Shown piece by piece: positions 8,900 through 18,888 of a stretch of DNA of 64,000 bases. Positions within the stretch are counted from its first letter, which is position 1; every line of letters starts with the position of its first letter. The notes below the pieces were generated by a model, which searched no databases, was not told the origin of the DNA, and was given only the letters and a program-made list of their open reading frames with translations. This stretch comes from an uncultured Verrucomicrobiae bacterium (lineage in GTDB: Bacteria > Verrucomicrobiota > Verrucomicrobiia > Chthoniobacterales > UBA10450), in the NCBI GenBank assembly GCA_963834385.1, contig CAWIBO010000002.1, positions 960,001 through 1,024,000 on the forward strand, written 5' to 3'. The position numbers and the translations under genes were made by a program.

Positions 8900-10086
8900 T
8901 CGGCAAAACGGTAGATGCGCCGCGCAAACCGCCGGCGCGGCGCCGCCACGGCGGAGAGCAGGAGGTACAAGGCGGCAATGACAACGAACGACCAGAGCCA
9001 GCCGCGCAGACCGCGCCCGGCATAATGCCAGGTGGCCGCTGCGAGGAGACAGGCAAAAGCCATCGGGAGCATGAATTTCCAGGCAAAGTTCATCACCTGG
9101 TCGACCCGGGTGCGGGGGAGCGTGCCGCGCACCCAGATGAAGACGAAGAGCAGGAGGGCCAGCTTGGCAAAAAACCAGCACCACGAGGGGACCACGGCAA
9201 GGAACTCCATGGGCGCCTGCCAGCCTCCGAGGAACAGGGTCACGGCCAGCCCGCTCACGGCGAACATCCCGAAATATTCCGCCATGAAGAAAGTGGCATA
9301 CTTGAACCCCGAATATTCGGTCATGTGCCCGGCCACGATCTCCGATTCGCCTTCCGGGACATCAAACGGTGTCCGGTTCGACTCGACCAACCCGGAGACA
9401 AAGAAAAGAAGAAAAGCGGCGGCGCCCCAGGGCGTGAAAACAAACCAGCGGGGCACGATTCCGCCGGTGTAACCGCCCTGCGCGGCCACGATGGCATCGG
9501 GGGCCAGGGCACCCACCACCATGACCACCGGAAGCACGGCGAGGATGAGCGGAAGCTCGTAGCTCACCATCTGGGCAATGGCCCGCATGGCGCCGAGCAT
9601 GGAGAACTTGTTGTTGCTCCCCCAGCCCGCCATGAACACGGCCAGCTCGGTGGTGGAACCGACGGCAAAAAAGAAAAGGAGCCCGCCATCGATCGCAAAG
9701 GGGGTCATGTTCCGCCCGTAGGGAATGACGCCAAGGGCAAGAATGGCCGGCGCCGCCACCATGATCGGCGCGAGGAAATGCACCACCCGGTCGGCGCGCG
9801 CCGGCACGATGTCCTCCTTGATCAACATTTTGATGCCGTCGGCCACCGGCTGGAAGAGACCGAACGGCCCGACCCGATTGGGGCCGTAACGGTTCTGAAT
9901 CCGGCCCAGGATTTTGCGCTCAAGGAGCGACATCAGGGCGAAAAGGGCGAGGAAAACGTGGAGCAGGAAGAGAATGGTGAGAAGACTCGAGATCAGCGCC
10001 AGGAGCCAGCCGGGCGCACCGGCCATGAGGGAGAGCACCCATTGTTTCGCCGACACAAACATCTGGTCGAGAGAGGCGGCGCTCAT
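8896..10086 (-). CDS. nuoH: NADH-quinone oxidoreductase subunit H
   Basis: ERKILGRIQNRYGPNRVGPFGLFQPVADGIK, AQMVSYE, ESNRTPFDVPEGESEIVAGHMTEYSG. Confidence 0.96.
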   Translation of the reverse strand: MSAASLDQMFVSAKQWVLSLMAGAPGWLLALISSLLTILFLLHVFLALFALMSLLERKILGRIQNRYGPNRVGPFGLFQPVADGIKMLIKEDIVPARADRVVHFLAPIMVAAPAILALGVIPYGRNMTPFAIDGGLLFFFAVGSTTELAVFMAGWGSNNKFSMLGAMRAIAQMVSYELPLILAVLPVVMVVGALAPDAIVAAQGGYTGGIVPRWFVFTPWGAAAFLLFFVSGLVESNRTPFDVPEGESEIVAGHMTEYSGFKYATFFMAEYFGMFAVSGLAVTLFLGGWQAPMEFLAVVPSWCWFFAKLALLLFVFIWVRGTLPRTRVDQVMNFAWKFMLPMAFACLLAAATWHYAGRGLRGWLWSFVVIAALYLLLSAVAAPRRRFARRIYRFAE

Positions 10087-10296
10087 CCGCGTTTGAGGAA
10101 AGCGGGATGACCCTGGTTAAGCAAGGCAGAAGCATGCCGCGCCGACCGAGACCAAGCCGGGCAGTAAGGGGGAACGGGAGCCACAGATGGACGCAGATCC
10201 AGAGGGAAGAGATTCAGCCGGCGAAAATAAGTCGCCAGTGTTCCGGGTGTCCGATTAAATAAAAACGAAACGGTGGCTCGTTCCCCTTTTTTATCC

Positions 10297-10671
10297 ATGA
10301 CGCCCGATCCTTATTTCTTTCTCGTCATTTTCATCGGGGTTGCGCTGGTTTTCCCGGTTCTGCCGCTCGGTCTGGCCTGGCTTTGGCGCCGGTTTCTCCA
10401 GCCGCCCAAGCCGGGCGTGCGCAAGAATGCCACCTACGAGTGCGGCGTGGAATCAACCGGAGAAGCGCAGGTGCAGTTCCGTTCGCAATATTATCTTTAC
10501 GCCATCATCTTCCTGATCTTCGACGTGGAAGCCATTTTCCTGGTGCCGTTCGCGGTCGCTTTCACGGGCCTGCCCCTCGGCGCTTTCCTGGCCATTCTGA
10601 TTTTCCTGCTCCTGTTGCTCGAGGGCCTCGTCTGGGCCTGGGGCAAAGGCCTCTTGAATTGGTCGCGGTGA
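10297..10671 (+). CDS. nuoA: NADH-quinone oxidoreductase subunit A
   Basis: K.ATYECG, QYYLYAIIFLIFDVEAIFL, W.KGLLNW. Confidence 0.95.
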   Translation: MTPDPYFFLVIFIGVALVFPVLPLGLAWLWRRFLQPPKPGVRKNATYECGVESTGEAQVQFRSQYYLYAIIFLIFDVEAIFLVPFAVAFTGLPLGAFLAILIFLLLLLEGLVWAWGKGLLNWSR

Positions 10672-10685
10672 TCGAAAGGAGAACC

Positions 10686-10923
10686 AATTTGGAAACCAGG
10701 AAGCCAGGAATTGGGAATCAGGAAAAGAGGAACGCAGGAAAAAGAGAATAAGGTTCGTTTTCCATCCCTGATTTGAAATCGCCCGCTAGTGAAGAAGAGA
10801 GCTAATTTGGAAACCAGGAAGCCAGGAAAGGTTCAGAAAGATACGCCTTTCCTGTTTTCCTCTTTTCCTAATTCCTGGATTCCTGGTTTCCAAATTGATT
10901 TCCTGCTTTCCTGCCTTCCTGAT
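10686..10923. repeat. CAGGAA-periodic palindromic intergenic element between nuoA and nuoB
   Basis: 25-bp exact direct repeat AATTTGGAAACCAGGAAGCCAGGAA at 10686-10710 and 10804-10828; 10848-10896 is a near-perfect inverted copy of 10686-10741 with a 7-nt indel. Confidence 0.85.
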
Positions 10924-10937
10924 TCGTCTTCCCCGTC

Positions 10938-11564
10938 ATGAGTGACCCGATCGATCCTGGTCTTAGGAGCGAGCTGCAGAAGCAGGGCATCTGGGTGACG
11001 TCGACCCAGGAGCTGTATAACTGGGGGCGCAAAAACTCGATCTGGCCGCTCCAGTTCGGCCTGGCTTGTTGCGCCATCGAGATGATCGCCACCGCCGCGG
11101 CCAAGTACGACCTGGCCCGCTTCGGCGGCGAAGTCTTCCGGCCGTCGCCGCGGCAGGCCGACCTCATGATCGTCGCCGGGACGGTGACGAAGAAGATGGC
11201 GCCGCAGATTGTGCGTCTTTACAACCAGATGCCCGACCCGAAATACGTCATCTCGATGGGAGCCTGCGCGATTTCCGGCGGCCCCTTCAAGCAGGGCTAT
11301 AACGTCCTGAAGGGAATTGATCGTTACATCCCGGTGGACGTCTACATCCCCGGGTGCCCGCCCCGCCCAGAGGCGCTGCTCCACGCCTTCATGGAGCTGC
11401 AGAAGAAGATTGATGAACAAAAGCTGACCGGAGCGGGCCGGGCGGTTCATCTCGATCCGGCGCACCCGAGTGAGTTCCCGGTGCCGGAATTTGGCGCGCA
11501 CGATCTCGAGCCGCCGGCCAATCCGGACCTGTTTCGGCCGCCGGTGGTGGGTCGACAAGGTTAA
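10938..11564 (+). CDS. nuoB: NADH-quinone oxidoreductase subunit B
   Basis: [33 protein letters not shown] (N2 cluster ligands). Confidence 0.97.
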   Translation: MSDPIDPGLRSELQKQGIWVTSTQELYNWGRKNSIWPLQFGLACCAIEMIATAAAKYDLARFGGEVFRPSPRQADLMIVAGTVTKKMAPQIVRLYNQMPDPKYVISMGACAISGGPFKQGYNVLKGIDRYIPVDVYIPGCPPRPEALLHAFMELQKKIDEQKLTGAGRAVHLDPAHPSEFPVPEFGAHDLEPPANPDLFRPPVVGRQG

Positions 11565-11572
11565 CGAGCCCC

Positions 11573-12223
11573 ATGGAATCACTGGAACAGATCAAGGCGC
11601 GGTTGGAGGCGGCGGTGCCGGGGGCGCAGGCTGAGATCGTGCCCAATCCCGGTCCGGCGGCGCAGCCTTCGTTGCTGCTCGCGCACGAACAGGCGGTGGC
11701 GGCGGCCCGGTTTCTCCGGGACGACGCGGCGCTGCGTCTTGATCATTGCTCCAATGTGACCGGGGTCGATTGGCTGGATCGCGTGAACAAGACGAAGGTG
11801 AAGGTGTTGAAGCTGGTCGAGGGCGAGGAGAAGGAGGTGGAAGAAACCCGGGAGGAACAGGTGCCGGGCTACCTCGAAGCGGTTTACCATCTTTATTCCA
11901 TGGCGCTGAAACAGGGGCCGGTGGTGCTGCGGCTCCGCACGGCCGATCGCGCGGCCGGCACGACCCTTCCCTCGCTGACGCCGGTCTGGCGCAGCGCCGA
12001 GTTCCAGGAACGGGAGATCTTCGACCTTTATGGCATTCGGTTTGAGGGGCACCCCGACCTGCGTCGCATCCTGATGTGGGATGAGTTCGCGGATTATCCG
12101 ATGCGGAAGGATTACGTGGAGCCGGACGATTACGAGTATGAGCCGACGCCGCACGACGAAGTGCTGGCGCGGTCAACGGCGCGTCCGGGAAGCGATGGGG
12201 CGGAGAAGCTGGGCGCCGGATGA
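11573..12223 (+). CDS. nuoC: NADH-quinone oxidoreductase subunit C
   Basis: TGVDW, VYHLYS, PSLTPVW..AEFQEREIFDLYGI.FEGHPDLRRIL, PMRKDY. Confidence 0.94.
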   Translation: MESLEQIKARLEAAVPGAQAEIVPNPGPAAQPSLLLAHEQAVAAARFLRDDAALRLDHCSNVTGVDWLDRVNKTKVKVLKLVEGEEKEVEETREEQVPGYLEAVYHLYSMALKQGPVVLRLRTADRAAGTTLPSLTPVWRSAEFQEREIFDLYGIRFEGHPDLRRILMWDEFADYPMRKDYVEPDDYEYEPTPHDEVLARSTARPGSDGAEKLGAG

Positions 12224-12226
12224 TTT

Positions 12227-12470
12227 GTCCACAGATTACACAGATGAACACAGATTGTGGGGAGGGGACGTTCTCCTCGCGTAGTTTCCCCGCCCGTCAT
12301 CCTGAGCGAAGCGAAGGACCTCACGAACGTCCTTTCGCTCACGCCCGCTCTGGCGCCGCGCTTTCTCTGCACACGCGAGGTCCCTCGTCGTCTGCGCGAC
12401 TCGGGATGACGGAAGCGCGCCGCCATCCGCCTCTTCTTTCAATCTGTGTAAATCTGCGAAATCTGTGGAC
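12227..12470. repeat. Nested palindromic element: ACACAGATT 9-mer-periodic outer IR enclosing a CGTC-type REP pair
   Basis: Outer arms 12227-12257 and 12440-12470 match 27/31 as an inverted repeat; inner arms CCGTCATCCTGAGCGAAGCGAAGGACCTC (12294-12322) and GAGGTCCCTCG...CTCGGGATGACGG (12377-12412). Confidence 0.85.
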
Positions 12471-12487
12471 CACAACTCTCTCCTGAA

Positions 12488-13645
12488 ATGACCACCGGAT
12501 TCCACGAACTGGCCGAAGCGCCGCCGCGAATGACGTCGCGGCTCGAGGGCGAACTGCTTGAGATCTCGATGGGACCGCAGCATCCCTCCACCCACGGCGT
12601 TTTCCGGATGAACGTCGCGCTCGAGGGCGAGATCGTGAGGAAGCTCAAGCCGGTCTTCGGGTATCTCCATCGCAACCACGAGAAGATCGGCGAAAACACC
12701 AGTTACCTCGGATCGATGCCTTACACCGACCGACTCGATTACTTCTGTTCCATGACCAACAACTGGGCCTACGCGCTCAGCGTGGAGAAACTGGCCGGGA
12801 TCGAAGTGCCGGAGCGGGCGGAATATCTGCGCGTCATCCTGGCTGAGCTGACCCGCCTGCAAAACCATGCCTCGCTGCTCGGCTTTCTCCTAAGCGACAT
12901 GGGGGCGTGGGGCACTCCGCTCATGTACGCCTTCCGCGAGCGCGAAAAAATCCTCGATCTCTTCGAGTCGCTCTCCGGTTCGCGCATGATGTGCGATTAC
13001 ATGCGCTTCGGCGGCTGCCGGGTCGACCCCAGCCCGGCCTGGATCGCCCACGCGCGCCGCCTGACCGAGGCGTTCCCGCGGTTCCTCGACGAGTTCGAAA
13101 AGCTGATCGTGGAGAACGAGATCCTGCTCGCGCGCACACAGGAGGTTGGAAAACTTTCACCCGAGCTGGCGATCAACGCCGGCATCACCGGCCCGATGCT
13201 GCGGGCCAGCGGAGTGAACTACGACCTGCGGAAGGTGGATGGTTACGGGATTTATCCACGGTTCAAGTTCCGGGTGCCGCTGGGCGACCATGGGGATTGT
13301 TACGATCGGCTGATGATGCGGGTGCTGGAGATGCGGGAGAGCCTCGCCATTCTCGAGCAGGCCTTCGCGCAACTGCCGGAGGGACCGGTGCAGAATCCGA
13401 AGGTGAAGATCCGCGCTTTCAAACCGCCGGCGGGCGAGGCCTATGGCCGCATCGAGGGGCCGAAAGGCGAGCTCGGCTTTTACCTGATCAGCGACGGTGG
13501 CGCGAACCCTTATCGTTACCGGGTGCGCCCGCCGAGCTTCATCAACCTGACGGTGCTGGAGGATCTCTGCCTCGGGCACACCGTGGCAGACGTCATGGTG
13601 ATCCTCGGCTCGATCGACATCGTCATGGGCGAGGTGGACCGGTAG
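12488..13645 (+). CDS. nuoD: NADH-quinone oxidoreductase subunit D
   Basis: [41 protein letters not shown]-terminal GEVDR; no NiFe CxxC motifs. Confidence 0.97.
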   Translation: MTTGFHELAEAPPRMTSRLEGELLEISMGPQHPSTHGVFRMNVALEGEIVRKLKPVFGYLHRNHEKIGENTSYLGSMPYTDRLDYFCSMTNNWAYALSVEKLAGIEVPERAEYLRVILAELTRLQNHASLLGFLLSDMGAWGTPLMYAFREREKILDLFESLSGSRMMCDYMRFGGCRVDPSPAWIAHARRLTEAFPRFLDEFEKLIVENEILLARTQEVGKLSPELAINAGITGPMLRASGVNYDLRKVDGYGIYPRFKFRVPLGDHGDCYDRLMMRVLEMRESLAILEQAFAQLPEGPVQNPKVKIRAFKPPAGEAYGRIEGPKGELGFYLISDGGANPYRYRVRPPSFINLTVLEDLCLGHTVADVMVILGSIDIVMGEVDR

Positions 13646-16112
13646 GACGGTCCGCTTTGTTTCCGCGGAGCGAGTCGGCCACGGCCGGGTCGATGCTTTG
13701 CAGATGAAGGTCGCGTTGCGGGAAGGGGATGGCGATGTCGGCCTCTGCGAGCGCCTCGGTGATGGCGACGGCCACATCGCTTTTGATCTGGAGGCCCTGG
13801 TCGTAATCGTCGGTCCAGAGCCGGACCTCGAACTCGAGGGCATCGGCTCCAAACCCGGACATGATGGTCTGCGGGGCCGGCTGCTGCGCCGCGAGGGGGT
13901 GCGAACCGGCCACGCGGGTGAGCAACTCGATGACGCGTCGCGGTTCCGTGCCGTAGGCCACGCCCACGGGAATCTCGATGCGGCGCTGCCGGTTTGAGAG
14001 CGTCCAGTTTGTCACCTTCTCCGAGATGAGCTGCCCGTTCGGCACGATCAGCTCCGAGCTGTCGAAGAGCCGGATAACGCTGGCGCGGATGCCGATCCGG
14101 CGGATGACGCCGACGAAAGCGTCCACCTTCACGACATCGCCCACCTTGACCGGCTGTTCAAAGAGCAGGATGAGGCCGGAGACGAAATTGTTGACGATGT
14201 TTTGGAGGCCGAACCCGATGCCGACGCCGAGCGCGCCGGCGAGGACGGTAAACTTCGTCATGTCGAGGCCCATGGCAGCGATGGCGAGAAGGAACCCGAC
14301 GAGGAGAACGCCGTAGTGCAGGAGGGTGGAGACTGCGTAGGAGGAGCCGGTGTTGACGTTAAAGTGGCTGTAAACGTCCTCCTCGAGAAGAAACCGGAGG
14401 AACCGTGAAACCTGGAAGGCCAGCCAGATGGTGAGGACGAAGGCGAGAATGGCACCGAGGGAGAGATGGAGGGAACGAAAGCTGACTTCCGCCGTAACGA
14501 GGGCGTGAAACTGGTGAAAAAGCGGGCCGCGCAGGGCAAACGCGTCGAGGGTTAGAACGCCCCAGAGAATAACGGCGACGAAGAGGATGAACCGGGCCAG
14601 GCGCCGTTGCAGGAGTGGGCGATGTTTGCGAACCACCCCGAAGGCGGCGAAGGGCCGCACCTGGAGAGCGAAGAAGACGAGCCCGGAGAGGACGCCGGCC
14701 GCGGCATAAAGAAAAATCGCGAGGTAGGCGGCGGCCAGGGCGCCGCCGGCAAGATAATTCGAGAGCCGGAAATAGCCGAGGAGGTTGCTGATGAAGACCG
14801 CCGCGAAAAGAAAAAGGCCGAGGCGCGCCCCGGCCCGGGTCGCCTTGCGCGCGGTCGTGCCCGCCTCGGCCGTCCGGCGGGTGGAACGGATGTACCAAAG
14901 AAGAAACAGGGCGCCGCCGATCATCTCCAGGAGCAGGATCAGGCGGGAAAGCCCGGGCAGGGAGGCGACCAGTTTCCGGCCCTGGCCGACCAGGTAAAAA
15001 ATGATCAGCGCATTCAGGATCGGGAAAAGGTGCCGGGCAATCAGGCGGCGGAGAATGACCACCACCGGGAAGAGCGCGAGCAGGGAAAGAATCACCCAGA
15101 AGAGGCGGGGCGGTTCGACGAAAAGCGCCTGGCAGGCGAGCAGCGAAAGAACCGCCGCCATGGCCAGGGGCAGCTGCAAAACGCGGTTGGCCCGGCGCAG
15201 GGCCGGGTCGTCGTCGGTCCATTTTGCCGCCTGCCGTTTCACCCAGAAAAGGCTCAGCGCCAGCGCGCCAAAAATGAGGGCCAGGGTGATGAAGGTGGGC
15301 CATTCCCGCTCCGCGAAGGCGCGCAACTGCACGGCCTGGGCGATAAAGGAATCACGGGTCCGCCCGGCCAGGTCGCGACGGGTCTCCTCACGAAACGCGG
15401 CGTTCCAGATCGGCGGACTGTCGCGCTCAAAGAGTTCGCCCACGGCGGCGGACTGCGCGGCGCGCACCGAACCGAGCGCGGTCTGCGCCCGTTCCGCCTG
15501 CGCGGCCACGCGGCTTTGTTCAGTGAGCAGGGCGGAACGTTCCCCCGTCAGGGCCGTCGCGGCCCCCGCGATTTCCGCCTGCACCTTTTCAATCCGGGCC
15601 TGGATCTCCGGCGGAGCGCCTTCGGCCCGCGCCTGTTCGAGGGTCTTCGCCCAGGTCGCCTGCAAACGCGGCAGAAGCGCCAGCTCCTTCTCCATCAGCT
15701 CGGCCCGGCTGGCCAGATCGTTTGACCAGGCTGAGAGCTGCGTGCCCAGCCGTTCCCAGCGGAGATCAAGGTCGCGCAGGGTCTCGAGCAGCACCCCACG
15801 CTGCAAAAGCTGGCTGGTCTCGGCAAGGCGCGCACTGATTTCCCGGTTAACCTCGGCGAGGTCGCGGCCGGGCACGGTCTCGAACGTTCCCGGTGCGGCC
15901 TCCATTTCCTGCAGGGTGGTCTCAACCAACTCCGCCTGGCCGACCACTTCAGCCATCGGGATTGGCGTCGGCTCAGGCGTGGCCGCAGGCACTGACGTCG
16001 GCGCCGGGGAGGCCGCGGGCGGAGCGGGCGCCGGCGCGGTTTTGACCGCTCCCTGGCCAGCGGCTGTGAGCGCAGACTGAAAGAGGACGATGAAAAAAAG
16101 CAGGCTCTTCAT
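13623..16112 (-). CDS. MscS/MscK-family mechanosensitive channel with periplasmic coiled-coil domain
   Basis: Signal peptide, helical periplasmic region, TM block, [43 protein letters not shown]. Confidence 0.92.
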   Translation of the reverse strand: MKSLLFFIVLFQSALTAAGQGAVKTAPAPAPPAASPAPTSVPAATPEPTPIPMAEVVGQAELVETTLQEMEAAPGTFETVPGRDLAEVNREISARLAETSQLLQRGVLLETLRDLDLRWERLGTQLSAWSNDLASRAELMEKELALLPRLQATWAKTLEQARAEGAPPEIQARIEKVQAEIAGAATALTGERSALLTEQSRVAAQAERAQTALGSVRAAQSAAVGELFERDSPPIWNAAFREETRRDLAGRTRDSFIAQAVQLRAFAEREWPTFITLALIFGALALSLFWVKRQAAKWTDDDPALRRANRVLQLPLAMAAVLSLLACQALFVEPPRLFWVILSLLALFPVVVILRRLIARHLFPILNALIIFYLVGQGRKLVASLPGLSRLILLLEMIGGALFLLWYIRSTRRTAEAGTTARKATRAGARLGLFLFAAVFISNLLGYFRLSNYLAGGALAAAYLAIFLYAAAGVLSGLVFFALQVRPFAAFGVVRKHRPLLQRRLARFILFVAVILWGVLTLDAFALRGPLFHQFHALVTAEVSFRSLHLSLGAILAFVLTIWLAFQVSRFLRFLLEEDVYSHFNVNTGSSYAVSTLLHYGVLLVGFLLAIAAMGLDMTKFTVLAGALGVGIGFGLQNIVNNFVSGLILLFEQPVKVGDVVKVDAFVGVIRRIGIRASVIRLFDSSELIVPNGQLISEKVTNWTLSNRQRRIEIPVGVAYGTEPRRVIELLTRVAGSHPLAAQQPAPQTIMSGFGADALEFEVRLWTDDYDQGLQIKSDVAVAITEALAEADIAIPFPQRDLHLQSIDPAVADSLRGNKADRPTGPPRP

Positions 16113-16177
16113 GATGGCAGGGGCACCCGCAGCACCTTATCCTGATCTGGCCGTTTCCCAAGCTCGCGGCGCTCTTC

Positions 16178-17515
16178 GTGCCTACCCGCAGCCGGCTGCG
16201 GGACAAGGTTCCACCAACAAATAAATCTCTCCAACGGGTGCCCGCCTCTTTTCCAGTCCGCAACGCCGAAGAAGGCCCCCGCCCCGCGGCGAACTTGAAG
16301 CTGCGGTTGATTGGACCCGGCCTGATCATGGCGGTGTGCGGGATCGGCGCCAGCGACGTCATCTCCGCCACGATCGGCGGCGCGACCTACGGCGCCCGCT
16401 TGCTCTGGGCGCTTGTTCTTGGCGCGTTCTTCAAGTTCGTCCTGACGGAGGGTCTGGCTCGGTGGCAGCTGGCCACCGGGAGCACGATCGTCGAAGGCTG
16501 GGCCCGCCACTTGCCGCGGTGGGTCTTGAAACTCTTTTTCGTTTACCTGGTGCTTTGGTCGATCGCCGTGGGCGGAGCGCTCTTGAGCGGATGCGGCTTG
16601 GCCATTGAAAACATCACCGGCGGCCGCGTGTCCTTTGCCTGGGGCGCGGCGGCGCAGGGTGCGATCGTGTTCTTATTTATTTACACGGCCCGGACGGCAC
16701 GCTTCGCCGCCATCATGAAACCGCTCATCGCCGTCATGTTTGTCAGCGTGGTGGCGTGCGGCATTCTTGTTTTTCCCGAGCCATCCCGCGTCTGGCGCGG
16801 TCTTTTCCTGCCGGCCGTCCCGTCCGGGGGCGGTCCTTACGTGCTTTCGCTCATTGGGGGGATCGGCGGGTCGCTTACCCTGATCAGCTATGGCTACCTC
16901 CTCCGAGAGGAAACACCTGATCATCCCGCCAACCTCGGACGCGTGCGCCTTGACCTCGCCGTCGCCTACCTTTTCACTGCCATTTTCGGCAGCGCCATCA
17001 TGTTGATTGCCACGCGCGTGTTTCACACCGCCGGAATCACGATCAGCGACAGCGATGCCGTCTCCCGAATGGCGGACGAACTGGCCAAGGTGGCCGGCGC
17101 GGCGGGGTTCTACATTTACTCCATCGGCTTCTGGGCCGCCGTGCTCGCTTCCCTCATGGGAGTCTGGCAAACCGTCCCGAAGATTTTTGCTGATTGCTGG
17201 CCGCTCCTGAGAGCACCGAAACCGCCGACCGACGAGGCTGAAAAAGGCCGGATGTCCCGGGTGGCCCTTGTCTTCATGGCTGCCGTGGCCATGCCCTTTG
17301 CCTTTCTGCACCGGCCGCTCCTGCTCGTGGTCGCCTTTACCATTATCGGAAGTTTCTTTATCCCGTTCCTCGCCGCCACCCTGCTGCACCTGAACAACAG
17401 AGTCTGCTGGAGTTCATCGCTCGGGCGTAATCGGCTGCCAACGAACCTTGTGCTCGGCCTTGTCCTCCTTCTTTTCCTCGCCTTGGGGGGCCTTGAGATG
17501 CGACGGCTCTTCTGA
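16178..17515 (+). CDS. NRAMP-like divalent metal transporter (start uncertain, possibly 16295)
   Basis: IGPGL.MA..GIGASD, GA.YG..LLWA, EGLARWQLATG.T..EG, GGIGGS; about 11 TM helices. Confidence 0.8.
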   Translation: MPTRSRLRDKVPPTNKSLQRVPASFPVRNAEEGPRPAANLKLRLIGPGLIMAVCGIGASDVISATIGGATYGARLLWALVLGAFFKFVLTEGLARWQLATGSTIVEGWARHLPRWVLKLFFVYLVLWSIAVGGALLSGCGLAIENITGGRVSFAWGAAAQGAIVFLFIYTARTARFAAIMKPLIAVMFVSVVACGILVFPEPSRVWRGLFLPAVPSGGGPYVLSLIGGIGGSLTLISYGYLLREETPDHPANLGRVRLDLAVAYLFTAIFGSAIMLIATRVFHTAGITISDSDAVSRMADELAKVAGAAGFYIYSIGFWAAVLASLMGVWQTVPKIFADCWPLLRAPKPPTDEAEKGRMSRVALVFMAAVAMPFAFLHRPLLLVVAFTIIGSFFIPFLAATLLHLNNRVCWSSSLGRNRLPTNLVLGLVLLLFLALGGLEMRRLF

Positions 17516-17592
17516 GGAACGCCTCCGGTCGAGTAGGGACGCGCCCCTTTCTTCTCGCCCTTCCATTCAATCTGATATTCCATTCAGGATCG

Positions 17593-18153
17593 ATGATCGG
17601 GACGGGCATTCTCAACGGCATGGCGGTGACGATGCGGAATTTCGTCGGCAGCTATTTCGAGCCGGATCGGCTGACGACGGTGCAATACCCGGAGGAGCGC
17701 GCGCCGTTGCCCGAGAATTACCGGAATTTTCCCTTCCTGGTCTTTGACGGGGAGGAGAGTGAAGCGGGGCTGCGCTGCGTGGCCTGCAAGATCTGCGAGA
17801 AGGAATGTCCGCCGCAGTGCATTTACATCGTCAAGAGCGACGACAAGAAGCCCGACTACATGGGTAAACCGCAGTTTTACCCGAAGGTGTTCGATATCGA
17901 CATCTCGGTCTGCATGAGCTGCCAGATCTGCGTGGAGGTTTGTCCTTTTGAAGCCATCAAGATGGACAAGGTTTTCGAGCTGAGCACGCGGGAGCGTTTC
18001 GATGCGCTGCTCCTCCGCAAAGGCGAGCTGGCAAAGTCGAACGGGTACTATCACGAGATTCATCCGGTGGAAGCGGCCGCCGTGGATGCCAATCTGGCGG
18101 CAGCCGCGGCCAAAAAGAAAACGACGCAAGAGGCTGCGCCGAAGGAGGCTTGA
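17593..18153 (+). CDS. nuoI: NADH-quinone oxidoreductase subunit I (2x[4Fe-4S])
   Basis: TVQYPEER, CVACKICEKECP and CMSCQICVEVCP ferredoxin motifs. Confidence 0.93.
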   Translation: MIGTGILNGMAVTMRNFVGSYFEPDRLTTVQYPEERAPLPENYRNFPFLVFDGEESEAGLRCVACKICEKECPPQCIYIVKSDDKKPDYMGKPQFYPKVFDIDISVCMSCQICVEVCPFEAIKMDKVFELSTRERFDALLLRKGELAKSNGYYHEIHPVEAAAVDANLAAAAAKKKTTQEAAPKEA

Positions 18154-18161
18154 GACGTCCT

Positions 18162-18185
18162 GGACGAGCGGAAGCTCGTCCCTCC
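18162..18185 (-). repeat. REP-like hairpin GGAGGGACGAGCTTCCGCTCGTCC
   Basis: GGAG tag followed by the perfect stem GGACGAGC/GCTCGTCC with a 4-nt loop, just after the nuoI stop. Confidence 0.55.
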
Positions 18186-18241
18186 GAGTGGGTGCATGAT
18201 TTGTGCTCGTTCTGAATTCCGGCATTTTACCGGGTCATCCC

Positions 18242-18323
18242 GCCAGGGTGGCGAAATTGGCAGACGCGCCAGACTTAGGATCTGGTGTCGCAAGACGTGC
18301 AGGTTCGAGTCCTGTCCCTGGCA
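18242..18323 (+). tRNA. tRNA-Leu(TAG)
   Basis: Acceptor GCCAGGG/CCCTGGC-A, anticodon arm CCAGA-CTTAGGA-TCTGG, long variable arm, GGTTCGAGTCC T-arm; CCA not encoded. Confidence 0.96.
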
Positions 18324-18334
18324 CTTTCGCCCAG

Positions 18335-18363
18335 GCCCCGGCGAAGGTTCGCTTCGCCGGGGC
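18335..18363. terminator. GC-rich hairpin between convergent tRNA-Leu and arsI
   Basis: 12-bp stem GCCCCGGCGAAG / CTTCGCCGGGGC with GTTCG loop; no clear U-tract. Confidence 0.55.
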
Positions 18364-18376
18364 GGGCGGCACCGGT

Positions 18377-18817
18377 TCAGCGGCAGCAGGAGATGACGCT
18401 CGCGGAGTCCGCCGGTTCAGGCTGGTCGAGCATGTCGTCGGTCACGGCATAGACTTCCCAGGCCACGCCGTCGGGATCGTGCACCCAGATCTTGTCCTGC
18501 CGGGCATGGCAGCAGGTGGTGTTCATTTCCTCCTCCGGGGCGAGGCCGGCTTGCTTTAGGCGGTCGCTGATCGCGGTGACGGCGGCGGTATCGGCCACGA
18601 GGAGGCCGAGATGATCGAGCGGGCCGGCCTCTGTCTGCGCCGGTTTTTCCATGAGGGCCAGTTTCACCGGGGGCTGGGCGGCATCGAAGTTGGCGTAACC
18701 GGCGCGGCGCTTGTGCGGGGGCAGGCCGAGGAAGGCCTGGTAGAACGCGACCGAACGTTCAAGATCGGAGACGCGGAGGGAGAGATGGAGTTTGGCGGGT
18801 TGTTCCTGGTTGTTCAT
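18377..18817 (-). CDS. ArsI/CadI-family VOC (glyoxalase-fold) protein, probable C-As lyase
   Basis: HLSLRVSDL..SV.FY, GYANF, LDHLG, TTCCHARQDKIWVHDPDG..WEVY, C-terminal CC. Confidence 0.88.
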   Translation of the reverse strand: MNNQEQPAKLHLSLRVSDLERSVAFYQAFLGLPPHKRRAGYANFDAAQPPVKLALMEKPAQTEAGPLDHLGLLVADTAAVTAISDRLKQAGLAPEEEMNTTCCHARQDKIWVHDPDGVAWEVYAVTDDMLDQPEPADSASVISCCR

Positions 18818-18854
18818 GGCTGATGTCCTTTCTGGTTTCGGTTTTTGTGGTGGT

Positions 18855-18874
18855 GCATCGATGGATATCGATGC
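18855..18874. promoter_or_regulatory. Candidate ArsR operator upstream of arsI
   Basis: Perfect 8-4-8 palindrome GCATCGAT-GGAT-ATCGATGC. Confidence 0.55.
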
Positions 18875-18888
18875 GTTGGGGTTGAAAA

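Noticed and set aside
10686..10896. Possible mini-CRISPR or IS ends
   Set aside because: Only two direct copies ~118 bp apart plus an inverted copy; no transposase, target duplication or cas gene seen.
12488..13645. Group 4 NiFe hydrogenase interpretation of the headless complex
   Set aside because: The large subunit lacks both Ni-binding CxxC motifs and has NuoD quinone-site residues.
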